Shown here: piece by piece, positions 33,218 through 40,896 of the stretch
How the letters are laid out: every line of letters begins with the position of its first letter
How positions within the stretch are numbered: the stretch's first letter is position 1
Virus record (IMG/VR): IMGVR_UViG_3300015188_000003
Location: 1 to 40,896 of that record
Length of the DNA: 40,896 bases
Reading direction: 5' to 3' (one strand)
DNA from: a virus
Taxonomy: Duplodnaviria > Heunggongvirae > Uroviricota > Caudoviricetes
Program-made: the position numbers and the translations under genes
Notes under the pieces: model-generated
The model's database searches: none
Told to the model about the DNA's origin: nothing
What the model saw: only the letters and a program-made list of their open reading frames with translations

Positions 33218-34008
33218 ACTATTACAATGAATGGGATAAAGGCGCAGCCGCGTGGCTGCGTGAGTTGATAAAACAGGGTCACATACCTTTTGGAGTTGTA
33301 GATGAAAGAAGCATTACCGAAGTTAAGCCAGAAGACCTTGACGGGTTCACCCAGTGTCATTTTTTCGCGGGTATCGGCGGCTGGCCTCTCGCGCTCAGAC
33401 TTGCGGGAGTTTCTGAAGATACGCCTATATGGACGGGAAGTCCGCCTTGCCAACCGTTTAGCACGGCAGGAAAGCAACTCGGACAGTTCGACCAGAGACA
33501 CCTCGCACCTGTGCTCCTCGACCTCATCAGCGAGTGCCACCCTCCAGTCATCTTTGGGGAGCAGGTTGCGGCAGCAATTGCAAAATCGTGGATGTGCGAT
33601 TTACAAACTCACCTGGAAAGAGAAGACTACGCCGTCGGGTTTGCCGTACTCCCAGCTTGTAGCGTCGGCGCACCGCACAAAAGGAATCGATTGTTCTTCG
33701 GAGCGCAGCAACTGGCCAACACCGTGTGCGAACAACTCGGCGGGAGCAGGCCATCAGGGCAGGAACGGGGGCCACAATCTGCAAACAGAGGCATCTCTGA
33801 CACAGCCAATCCGCCTAACGGGTTCTGGTCAGATGCTGACTGGCTCGGATGCCGGGATGGAAAATTCAGGCCAGTTGAACCCAGCACATTCCCGCTGGCT
33901 AATGGGGTACCCGCCAGAGTGGGACGATTGCGCGGTTACGGCAATGCTATCGTCCCGCAAGTAGCCGCTGAATTTATAAAGGCGTTCATGGGGGCCGTAA
34001 ATGAGTAA
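33214..34008 (+). CDS. DNA (cytosine-5)-methyltransferase, compact; possible internal frame disruption
   Basis: Motif I FFAGIGGW, motif [26 protein letters not shown] in track frame; canonical [16 protein letters not shown]-type motif sits in the +1 frame (33302..33964). Confidence 0.7.
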   Translation: MNYYNEWDKGAAAWLRELIKQGHIPFGVVDERSITEVKPEDLDGFTQCHFFAGIGGWPLALRLAGVSEDTPIWTGSPPCQPFSTAGKQLGQFDQRHLAPVLLDLISECHPPVIFGEQVAAAIAKSWMCDLQTHLEREDYAVGFAVLPACSVGAPHKRNRLFFGAQQLANTVCEQLGGSRPSGQERGPQSANRGISDTANPPNGFWSDADWLGCRDGKFRPVEPSTFPLANGVPARVGRLRGYGNAIVPQVAAEFIKAFMGAVNE

Positions 34009-35425
34009 GTTTCAAAGGCGCGAATACCAGAAGCTAATGACTTCGTTCATGTTGCGGCACCATCGCTGTAATATTTGGGCGAGCATGGGCGCCGGGAAGA
34101 CTGGCAGCGTACTGTGGACATTAAACCGACTGTTCCGCAACGGGCAGCTTACAGAAGAGGACCGCGTGTTAATCCTCGCCCCGTTGCGCGTTGCATCAGG
34201 CACATGGCCGGCGGAACAAACTAAGTGGAATTTCCCATGTCTGCGTGTCGTAGACGCGACCGGTTCAGAGAAGCGCCGCATCGCGGCGCTGGAGTCGGAC
34301 GCTAACGTGGTGTGCACGAACTATGAGGTAATAGAGTGGTTGATTGACTACTACGGCAAAGACGACTGGCCTTTTACCGTTATCGTTGCCGATGAAAGCA
34401 CGAAACTGAAGTCATTCCGCAGCCGTTCAGGCGGCAGCAAGCGGGCGAAGGCGCTTAGTAGAGTGGCGTTCGGAAAGGTTAAGCGTTTTATCAACCTGAC
34501 AGGTACACCATCGCCTAACGGCCTCAAGGACTTGTGGGGACAGAACTGGTTTATCGACGCGGGCGAGCGCCTCGGTTCTTCGTACACGGCATTCACCGAC
34601 CGCTGGTTTAACTCGGTGCAGAAAGGCAAATCTGCTATGGCGCGCGAATACCACGCCCGCCCGGGTGCGGATACTGAAATCCACCAGAAGATGAAGGACA
34701 TCAGTCTCACGATTGACGCCGCTGAGTGGTTCGGATGCGAAGCGCCGGTTATCGTACCTGTTGAAATCGACCTGCCGAAGAAAGCGCGTCAGGCGTACAT
34801 AGATATGGAGGAGAAGTTATTTGCGGAACTGGAGAGCGGGGAAGTCGAAGCGGCTAACGCGGCGGCGAAGACGTCGAAGTGTTTGCAGATTGCATCCGGT
34901 GCCGTGTATGTATCCGGACCAGACGGAGAAGCAACGAAAGACTGGGAGAAAGTGCACGATACGAAACTGGATGCGCTGGAGTCAATTGTGGAGGAGTTGC
35001 AGGGCGCGCCGTTGCTGGTCGCCTATCAGTTCAAGCACGAACTTGAGCGCATCCTTAAGCGATTCCCACAGGCGCAGGCGTTTTCCAAAGGCGCGAAGGG
35101 TAATAAGCAGATGGAAGCGTGGAACCGCGGCGAAATAGAAATCTTATGCGTACACCCTGCGTCAGCCGGGCATGGTTTGAATTTACAGGACGGCGGCCAT
35201 CATCTGGCGTTTATTTCACAAGGCTGGAATCTTGAGCACTATTTGCAGGTTGTCGAGCGCATCGGCCCTGTTCGCCAGAAACAAGCTGGGCACGAGCGCC
35301 CGGTGTTCCTTTATCACATAGTCGCTAAAGACACGCTGGACGAGGTTGTTGCCGCGCGTACCGACGAGAAGAAATCGGTACAGGAAGAGTTGCTTAACTA
35401 CATGAAGAGACGAGGTAAGAAATGA
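34001..35425 (+). CDS. SNF2/DEAD-like ATP-dependent helicase
   Basis: Walker A GAGKTG, DExx box VIVADEST, C-terminal helicase region. Confidence 0.75.
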   Translation: MSKFQRREYQKLMTSFMLRHHRCNIWASMGAGKTGSVLWTLNRLFRNGQLTEEDRVLILAPLRVASGTWPAEQTKWNFPCLRVVDATGSEKRRIAALESDANVVCTNYEVIEWLIDYYGKDDWPFTVIVADESTKLKSFRSRSGGSKRAKALSRVAFGKVKRFINLTGTPSPNGLKDLWGQNWFIDAGERLGSSYTAFTDRWFNSVQKGKSAMAREYHARPGADTEIHQKMKDISLTIDAAEWFGCEAPVIVPVEIDLPKKARQAYIDMEEKLFAELESGEVEAANAAAKTSKCLQIASGAVYVSGPDGEATKDWEKVHDTKLDALESIVEELQGAPLLVAYQFKHELERILKRFPQAQAFSKGAKGNKQMEAWNRGEIEILCVHPASAGHGLNLQDGGHHLAFISQGWNLEHYLQVVERIGPVRQKQAGHERPVFLYHIVAKDTLDEVVAARTDEKKSVQEELLNYMKRRGKK

Positions 35426-35559
35426 ACATCATAGCCCCGATTCCAGCATTGCAAAAACGTATCAAGGAACTCGAAGAGGAGGTTCTACGCCTACGGCAAC
35501 AGAGAGATGCCGCTAATGCGCAACTGGCGTTTGTGCTGGAGAAGTTATCGGAAGAGTAG
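35422..35559 (+). CDS. small coiled-coil protein (45 aa), not on ORF track
   Basis: ATGA overlap with helicase stop; ends at terminator. Confidence 0.4.
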   Translation: MNIIAPIPALQKRIKELEEEVLRLRQQRDAANAQLAFVLEKLSEE

Positions 35560-35560
35560 A

Positions 35561-35590
35561 GAAAAGGCCCCAAACGGGGCCTTAGTTTTA
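35561..35590. terminator. bidirectional terminator between replication block and tailspike (AAGGCCCC-AAAC-GGGGCCTT)
   Basis: Perfect 8-bp GC stem with A/T runs on both sides between convergent genes. Confidence 0.75.
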
Positions 35591-37525
35591 TGTTATTGAT
35601 GGAGTCTGACGCCAGTTAGTCCCGTCGAAGGTGTATTCAATTATATCCCCTCCGCCAAGATTTTTAGCAATATTAGCATTGTTGACAATACCGCCAATAC
35701 CCGGATTGTGGTTGAACACAACGGTATTAGCGGAGCCGTTACGAATGGCTAATCTGAACCCGGGGGACACAGGCTGCCCAATTACGTCATTAACGTTAAT
35801 ACTGCTATAAGAACTAGAAGCCGCTGCCGTGGTGATAAACACTGCTCCAGAATTGAATAATGAATCCCCGACAGTAAGGGCCTGCGCTGCTCCAGAAACC
35901 GTTACCTCTGTGTATCCAGGTCTGGGCTTGCCCGCGCCTAATACCTTAGCACGCACGCCGGATAGCCTGTTATTCGCATAGCTGTTCCCGAGCGTAAGCC
36001 CCGCAAATGCGGGCCCGTAATTCACCGCCAAATGAATATTAGACCCGACGAACAATCCAACACCACTGGAAACTTCAAAGGCAGTATCAACGGCGGCGGC
36101 ATTCGTGATTGAACCATAGAACCCATCAACGGTGAGTTGCTCGCAGAACCCAACTGAAGCTAGTTTGACACTGCTAACCGCTGATACACCATTAAGAGAC
36201 ACATTATACAGCTTACCAGAGGCCCCGCCATCGATGACAAAATCGGCGTAGGTAGCCCCACTATAGCTGACCCCGTTAACTACAATATCGTTAACAACCC
36301 CGGCAGTCGACCCGTTAATACGGCAGTTTATCGCGGAGCCTGTACTTTCAAGATTAGATACAAGAATGCGCTCCATTTGTGCTGTGGTAGCAATCAGCCA
36401 CACGCCCTGGCTGCAAACGCCGTTGCCTACGTTAACATGGCCCGTAACAACGACATTTTTGGCTGTACTGAATTCGGCGTCAGATTTGATAATCAGCCCG
36501 GTATCGCAGCTATAAGTTATAAGACCCTTAGCCACAACATTTCTACTTTTTATGGCAACACCGAACAGGTTATACGCGCCGGTAACATCAGAAATATGGG
36601 CGGCATCGTACCCCTCTACCAGACAGGCATGGAAAGCGTCAGTTGCTGCAAGACCAGCAGCTACTACATTTCTAACCCTAGCGCTAGCACCTGCCGCGTT
36701 ATCTGTTGACAACACCAGGGCGTCTCCTGGGGAGCCGGTAGGCCGCTTAAACCCCATGTTTTCAATTACAACTTGATTTCCAGAAAAACGCATGCCGCCG
36801 ATAATTCTGCTGCCGGATGTCATTGTATTTGTCGATGCGTTATAAAAAGGTACTTTATCGCCAATAATTGTAATGTTTTGAGTTACAGTCCCGCCTGTAT
36901 ACACATATGGTTTTGATGGGACCCTGAGGGGGATGTTATTGGAGGAACAGTACACAATAGCGTTAGTTATAGCGGTAGTGTCGTCAGTAGTGCCATCACC
37001 TACCGCGCCGAAATCATCGGGGGTCATATACCCTATTTTGAAATGATCAACCTCGCCCTGCACCGTGCGCCCCGAAGACGTACCAACTAACCCTGCACCA
37101 GTGCTTAGGGCCAAATCACGGCGCAATGCAGCTTCGCTAACGGCAACCCATGCGGTCTTACCTACTCCGCCCGTCGAGGCTGGCGTCGAAGATGCCGGGA
37201 TAGTTTTTGGCAGAGCACCCTTCCATGCATAATAGTTGCCGTCGCCTGATGGCCCAGGCCACAACACCGCCAGGTCAGCGTCGTTAACGCCCAACGTCCC
37301 ACCTGTTTCGAATGTGAAAGACGCAGGTCTGAACCCGGCGTCGCGCAACACGGCGGGGAGTGTCTTCTGCGTCTGCCCTGTAACCTGATTTGTTGCGTAA
37401 TCAATATCAGCACCAGTAGCAACACCACCGGATTTACCAGTAATAACCTCAGCTTCAAAAATCTGGTGCTTCTTGGCGGTCTGTAAATCCGCCAGGCTTA
37501 AAACGTCACCGCATCCGCTTGACAT
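35588..37525 (-). CDS. tailspike / receptor-binding protein (645 aa)
   Basis: Last gene of the tail operon; Gly/Asn/Ser/Thr/Val-rich repetitive body suggesting beta-helix. Confidence 0.6.
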   Translation of the reverse strand: MSSGCGDVLSLADLQTAKKHQIFEAEVITGKSGGVATGADIDYATNQVTGQTQKTLPAVLRDAGFRPASFTFETGGTLGVNDADLAVLWPGPSGDGNYYAWKGALPKTIPASSTPASTGGVGKTAWVAVSEAALRRDLALSTGAGLVGTSSGRTVQGEVDHFKIGYMTPDDFGAVGDGTTDDTTAITNAIVYCSSNNIPLRVPSKPYVYTGGTVTQNITIIGDKVPFYNASTNTMTSGSRIIGGMRFSGNQVVIENMGFKRPTGSPGDALVLSTDNAAGASARVRNVVAAGLAATDAFHACLVEGYDAAHISDVTGAYNLFGVAIKSRNVVAKGLITYSCDTGLIIKSDAEFSTAKNVVVTGHVNVGNGVCSQGVWLIATTAQMERILVSNLESTGSAINCRINGSTAGVVNDIVVNGVSYSGATYADFVIDGGASGKLYNVSLNGVSAVSSVKLASVGFCEQLTVDGFYGSITNAAAVDTAFEVSSGVGLFVGSNIHLAVNYGPAFAGLTLGNSYANNRLSGVRAKVLGAGKPRPGYTEVTVSGAAQALTVGDSLFNSGAVFITTAAASSSYSSINVNDVIGQPVSPGFRLAIRNGSANTVVFNHNPGIGGIVNNANIAKNLGGGDIIEYTFDGTNWRQTPSIT

Positions 37526-37537
37526 ATAGAGTCCTCT

Positions 37538-40105
37538 TTAATTAAAACCATTGCTGAATCCATCGGAGAAACCGCTGCCGTATGGCGCGACGCCGTCGTA
37601 TTTATAGAATCCGTCGTCATAGTTGTAGCCAGTAATCTTGACCGTGCGGTCGTCGCCCGGGTCGATTGAAGAAACAACTATCTTCTGAGCATTATGCCTT
37701 GCTTCGTTGCCGAATGAAAACTCAGTTTTTAGCGCGCTATTCCCCGTGTAGATTGCTTCTTCCGGCGCGGAGAGCATAATCACCTCGCGGTCGTGGCTTC
37801 CTTTGATAACCGAGATACTCTGCACAGAGCCATCGCGCTTCTTGAGGATGATGGAGTGGTCGTCTCCGGGGGTAAACGTAACTGGCTGAGACAGCGTAAG
37901 CGTAAGCCCGTTAACGGCAACAACATAACCATCCTGCGGCGCGATGCGTGAGCCTTTAACCACGCTGATTACGCCGCCCGGTGTAGCGAGTGCCCCCTCT
38001 TCGGTAGCTTCGAACTCTACGACAACTTTACTTAACGCGTTGCGCTGGTAGCGACGCCACGCCAGCCAATATGCCTGCTGATAGTTACGTACGCCCTTCG
38101 ATTCATATTCCTCGGTGTTTGCTCCGAGTTCTTCCGGGATATAAATCGTTTCCTGTACGTTAGTATCCGGGTCGATGTATGAGAACGACAGGCTATCATA
38201 GGTTGTCGAATCGTTGAACGTGCGCGTCCATTTCTCTGTACCAGTAGTTTTGCTGCGGTGGGTGAACACCATCTCAGGCCCAGCAACCGGACGGTCGAAT
38301 CGCAGCATAATATCCGCACCTTTACGGTACGCAGTACAGAACACGGCTTCCGCTATAGTCTGAACGATGTCCTGCATCGTGGTGTCGTAGTCGTCGAACG
38401 TGTAGCAGAATTGTCCCGCTAATTCACTGCCGAAATAGGACTCAATTTCTTCCTGCACAGCGAGTAACTTGTCCATGTTTGCGGTTGTCAGTTCTAAGTT
38501 ACCTACCGCCGGGTCACGGGCCAGTCTGATTAGCGACTGCACCGCCTGAGTATTTGTGGTCATTACAGTATCGAATATGCCGTTACCTAAGTATTTGTAA
38601 CACATCTCGGTTGCTATCATGCGTAGTTCCGGTTCTGACACCTCCGCGGCACGTGGCGTTTGTTTACGAGCGCAGTGTACGGTGGTTCTGTTGCCGTAGT
38701 GTGGGGTTGTGTCCAGAGACTGCCCGTACATATTAGTGAAAGTAACCTCATCACTAACAGTACCTTCAAAATCTTTATCGGTGTCGGAAACACGACGCAT
38801 ACGGGCGCGGAATCTGGAAGCAGTTGGTAAACTTCCGTAAAGAGTAATACCTGTGTAATCCGTGTTCCGGCCTGTTACGGTTCCTTGTACAGTAAATATA
38901 TCACCTACAGGCTGTTTCAGCGCATCAACCATCTGGTATTGCAGTTCCACTGTCACTGAAGCGCGGTTATAGCCGCCGTTGTATTTATACATGCCGTTGC
39001 TGGCGGCGACATTGGCTACAACACGGTCGACAGTACCGCGGGTGATGTACGCCCATTCAGAGAGAGAAGCCGCGTAAGTGTCCGCCGGGCCTATAAGATG
39101 GTTACCCTCTTCACCTATAAACCACACAGACGCCCCTAGCTGGTTCCATACTGATTGATTTGTACTGACGTCCACAATAAGGGTGGTTTCACTAACCGAA
39201 AGAACAGTGTACCTCCCGTCTAAGTTAACCTCATTACCTAAAGACCCAGGAGTTGTGTCCGCATATACGTTATCGAAATATGCCAGGTCTCCGACAGCCA
39301 AAAACTCATCGAAACCAGCGTCATCGCCTATTACAACACCTGTTGTTCCCTGCCGCTGGACAGTGTAGTCCTGCACGTCTATAGCGATGTCATTAGGTGC
39401 GGGAAGAACAGCGCCATCGACATCGGCGTTTTTAAATGTAACGTACAATTTCTGGTCTATAGGGTCGCCGATATGCAATTGTGGGGTGCTGGTGTTATTT
39501 GGCGAAGTGTAAGGAGAATACACCGTCACCGACGAGCCGGTTATCTCGCTGATTCTGGTATCTGCCTCAGTTACACCGTCTTCCTCAATATGCAGATACC
39601 CTCGACCGGCGTCATAGTACGCATATTCAATAAGCGCACCCGCGGCATTAAACACCTTATATGTCTGCATCAGGTCATTGGGGATGGTCTGCACTGTCCC
39701 GCAGATATCATAGGAACGCTCATAAGGTCGTGGCTTGTTTGAGCGGTCGGTGAGACTGTTGTTAGGCGACGTAGCCTGATTGTTGGTAGCGGAATAATTA
39801 GCGTTAGCCGCTGTGTTTAGCCCGAACAATTTGGCGATTGGCTTAAGGATGAAACTGAATACACTCCCGATGGCGTCGCCAATGCCGCCGCCAGCGCCCT
39901 CAATAATGTGGTACACGGCGTCCTCGTCTTTGAGCGCGTCGAAGTCGTCTGTAACATCAGTATCATCACCAATCTCGCCAAGATAGACGCGTACCGGAAC
40001 GCCGTCCGGGATACGGTTAACGACAAACCCCATCGGCATCCCGACGTGTTTTGTACGGTTGAAAGCGCCATCAGCGTTTCGCGTGTAGTGCAGGATTATC
40101 GCCAA
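37538..40105 (-). CDS. tail-tip / central fibre protein (855 aa, lambda J-like position)
   Basis: Large ORF after NlpC/P60-like gene; Gly-rich C-terminus; true start may be MPMGFVV. Confidence 0.55.
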   Translation of the reverse strand: MAIILHYTRNADGAFNRTKHVGMPMGFVVNRIPDGVPVRVYLGEIGDDTDVTDDFDALKDEDAVYHIIEGAGGGIGDAIGSVFSFILKPIAKLFGLNTAANANYSATNNQATSPNNSLTDRSNKPRPYERSYDICGTVQTIPNDLMQTYKVFNAAGALIEYAYYDAGRGYLHIEEDGVTEADTRISEITGSSVTVYSPYTSPNNTSTPQLHIGDPIDQKLYVTFKNADVDGAVLPAPNDIAIDVQDYTVQRQGTTGVVIGDDAGFDEFLAVGDLAYFDNVYADTTPGSLGNEVNLDGRYTVLSVSETTLIVDVSTNQSVWNQLGASVWFIGEEGNHLIGPADTYAASLSEWAYITRGTVDRVVANVAASNGMYKYNGGYNRASVTVELQYQMVDALKQPVGDIFTVQGTVTGRNTDYTGITLYGSLPTASRFRARMRRVSDTDKDFEGTVSDEVTFTNMYGQSLDTTPHYGNRTTVHCARKQTPRAAEVSEPELRMIATEMCYKYLGNGIFDTVMTTNTQAVQSLIRLARDPAVGNLELTTANMDKLLAVQEEIESYFGSELAGQFCYTFDDYDTTMQDIVQTIAEAVFCTAYRKGADIMLRFDRPVAGPEMVFTHRSKTTGTEKWTRTFNDSTTYDSLSFSYIDPDTNVQETIYIPEELGANTEEYESKGVRNYQQAYWLAWRRYQRNALSKVVVEFEATEEGALATPGGVISVVKGSRIAPQDGYVVAVNGLTLTLSQPVTFTPGDDHSIILKKRDGSVQSISVIKGSHDREVIMLSAPEEAIYTGNSALKTEFSFGNEARHNAQKIVVSSIDPGDDRTVKITGYNYDDGFYKYDGVAPYGSGFSDGFSNGFN

Positions 40106-40461
40106 AATTCAATCTCCGTGTACGTGTCTCTGAGATCCGCCAGCCTGTCAAGCCGTACCTGACGGGAAGCAAGCTCGCAATGGCTCACCATCCCGTCGAA
40201 GTAAACTCCTGCGTGCCACACGATACGACCGCCGCGGCGATACCCCATAAGCACCGCACAGAAGTTTTCAGGCTTATCAATTTTTGTAAGTCCCTTCGTG
40301 TTGCGATGTCCTTCGTCGAACGCTTCGTTAATCGCCGTTGGGCTTGCAACGTCGAACGCTGGGGTTTCTAACCCGGCATCCGCGCGGACAATGCGCACGT
40401 GATGCCAGCAATTACGTTTGCGAAAGTCGTAAGGTATTCCCGTGTAGTCGTTAATATTCAT
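40096..40461 (-). CDS. NlpC/P60-like tail assembly protein (lambda K-like position)
   Basis: Cys in RKRNCWHHV and downstream HAGVYFDG...SHCE resemble NlpC/P60 catalytic elements. Confidence 0.5.
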   Translation of the reverse strand: MNINDYTGIPYDFRKRNCWHHVRIVRADAGLETPAFDVASPTAINEAFDEGHRNTKGLTKIDKPENFCAVLMGYRRGGRIVWHAGVYFDGMVSHCELASRQVRLDRLADLRDTYTEIEFWR

Positions 40462-40896
40462 GTAGTCAACAGGCCGCGTAATAACGGTATCTCTTTAGGT
40501 GTCATCAGTATACCAGTGCTTCGTTGGTTCAGCATAGGTGTACCGACATCCGCAGAGAACTCGCCCTTCTCCTGGTTGATGGCCTGTAACTCGTACACGA
40601 CAGGGCCGTCCGCCGGATAAGACAGGTCGGTGCTGACGTAACGGCGAAATACGAACTTCGGCAACTCCGTATTGCCCATTGGGATTTTATCCATCTCATC
40701 ATCAAGTTGATTGAGGATATCCGGTAAAGTAAACGTGGTCGTCTGGTCCATATCACTGTTGTTAGCGGCCCCCGACGCCTCCATCGGGGTGGGTTCGAAT
40801 GTGATAGTTTCGCCGGTTTCCAGTGTCGCCGTAAGTTCCTGTAGCCCACGAACAAGATAGTACGTCTTTGACAACAACGGGTGGCTGATTTGCAAC
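40458..40896 (-). CDS. minor tail protein (L-like position), C-terminal part of the junction-spanning gene
   Basis: Track ORF 40458..40895 appears to start at the window edge (TTG); frame continues into 1..218; ATGA overlap with next gene at 40461. Confidence 0.6.
   Translation of the reverse strand, partial: LQISHPLLSKTYYLVRGLQELTATLETGETITFEPTPMEASGAANNSDMDQTTTFTLPDILNQLDDEMDKIPMGNTELPKFVFRRYVSTDLSYPADGPVVYELQAINQEKGEFSADVGTPMLNQRSTGILMTPKEIPLLRGLLTT
40756..40896. repeat. 141-bp terminal direct repeat, second copy
   Basis: Identical to 1..141. Confidence 0.95.

Noticed and set aside
1-40896. Searched for CRISPR arrays, integrase/recombinase, transposase and reverse transcriptase
   Set aside because: No regularly spaced direct repeats and no ORF with recombinase, transposase or RT hallmarks was recognisable by eye; sensitive profile searches are still needed.

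Overview
This window is a complete, circularly closed dsDNA phage genome of about 40,755 bp. The first and last 141 nt are identical, and one tail gene reads in frame straight across that junction. All functional calls below come from reading motifs and gene order by eye; no database search was run, and coordinates of features not on the ORF track (small ORFs, promoters, terminators) may be off by a few nt. About 60% is a leftward (- strand) block: a dense string of small early genes (18.3-23.6 kb), holin/endolysin, small and large terminase, portal, head morphogenesis protein, overlapped spanins, scaffold, major capsid, head-tail proteins, major tail protein, G/G-T chaperone with a -1 frameshift, tape measure, tail-tip proteins and a terminal tailspike, i.e. 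a siphovirus-type virion. A rightward block (24.1-35.6 kb) carries replication genes: primase-helicase, Cas4-like nuclease, DUF2815-like protein, family A DNA polymerase, VRR-NUC, a compact C5-methyltransferase and an SNF2 helicase. I recognised no tRNA, CRISPR array, integrase or transposase. The most interesting non-core content is: (1) an opposite-strand three-gene island inside the tail module (secreted protein, HTH-metallophosphoesterase, small protein); (2) a truncated HslV/proteasome-like hydrolase coupled to a small basic protein; (3) two copies of a ~130-bp intergenic element that look like paralogous small-RNA units; (4) a quasi-palindromic 18-bp motif embedded in at least seven promoters next to a small XRE regulator; (5) a methyltransferase whose canonical C-terminal motif sits in the wrong reading frame.
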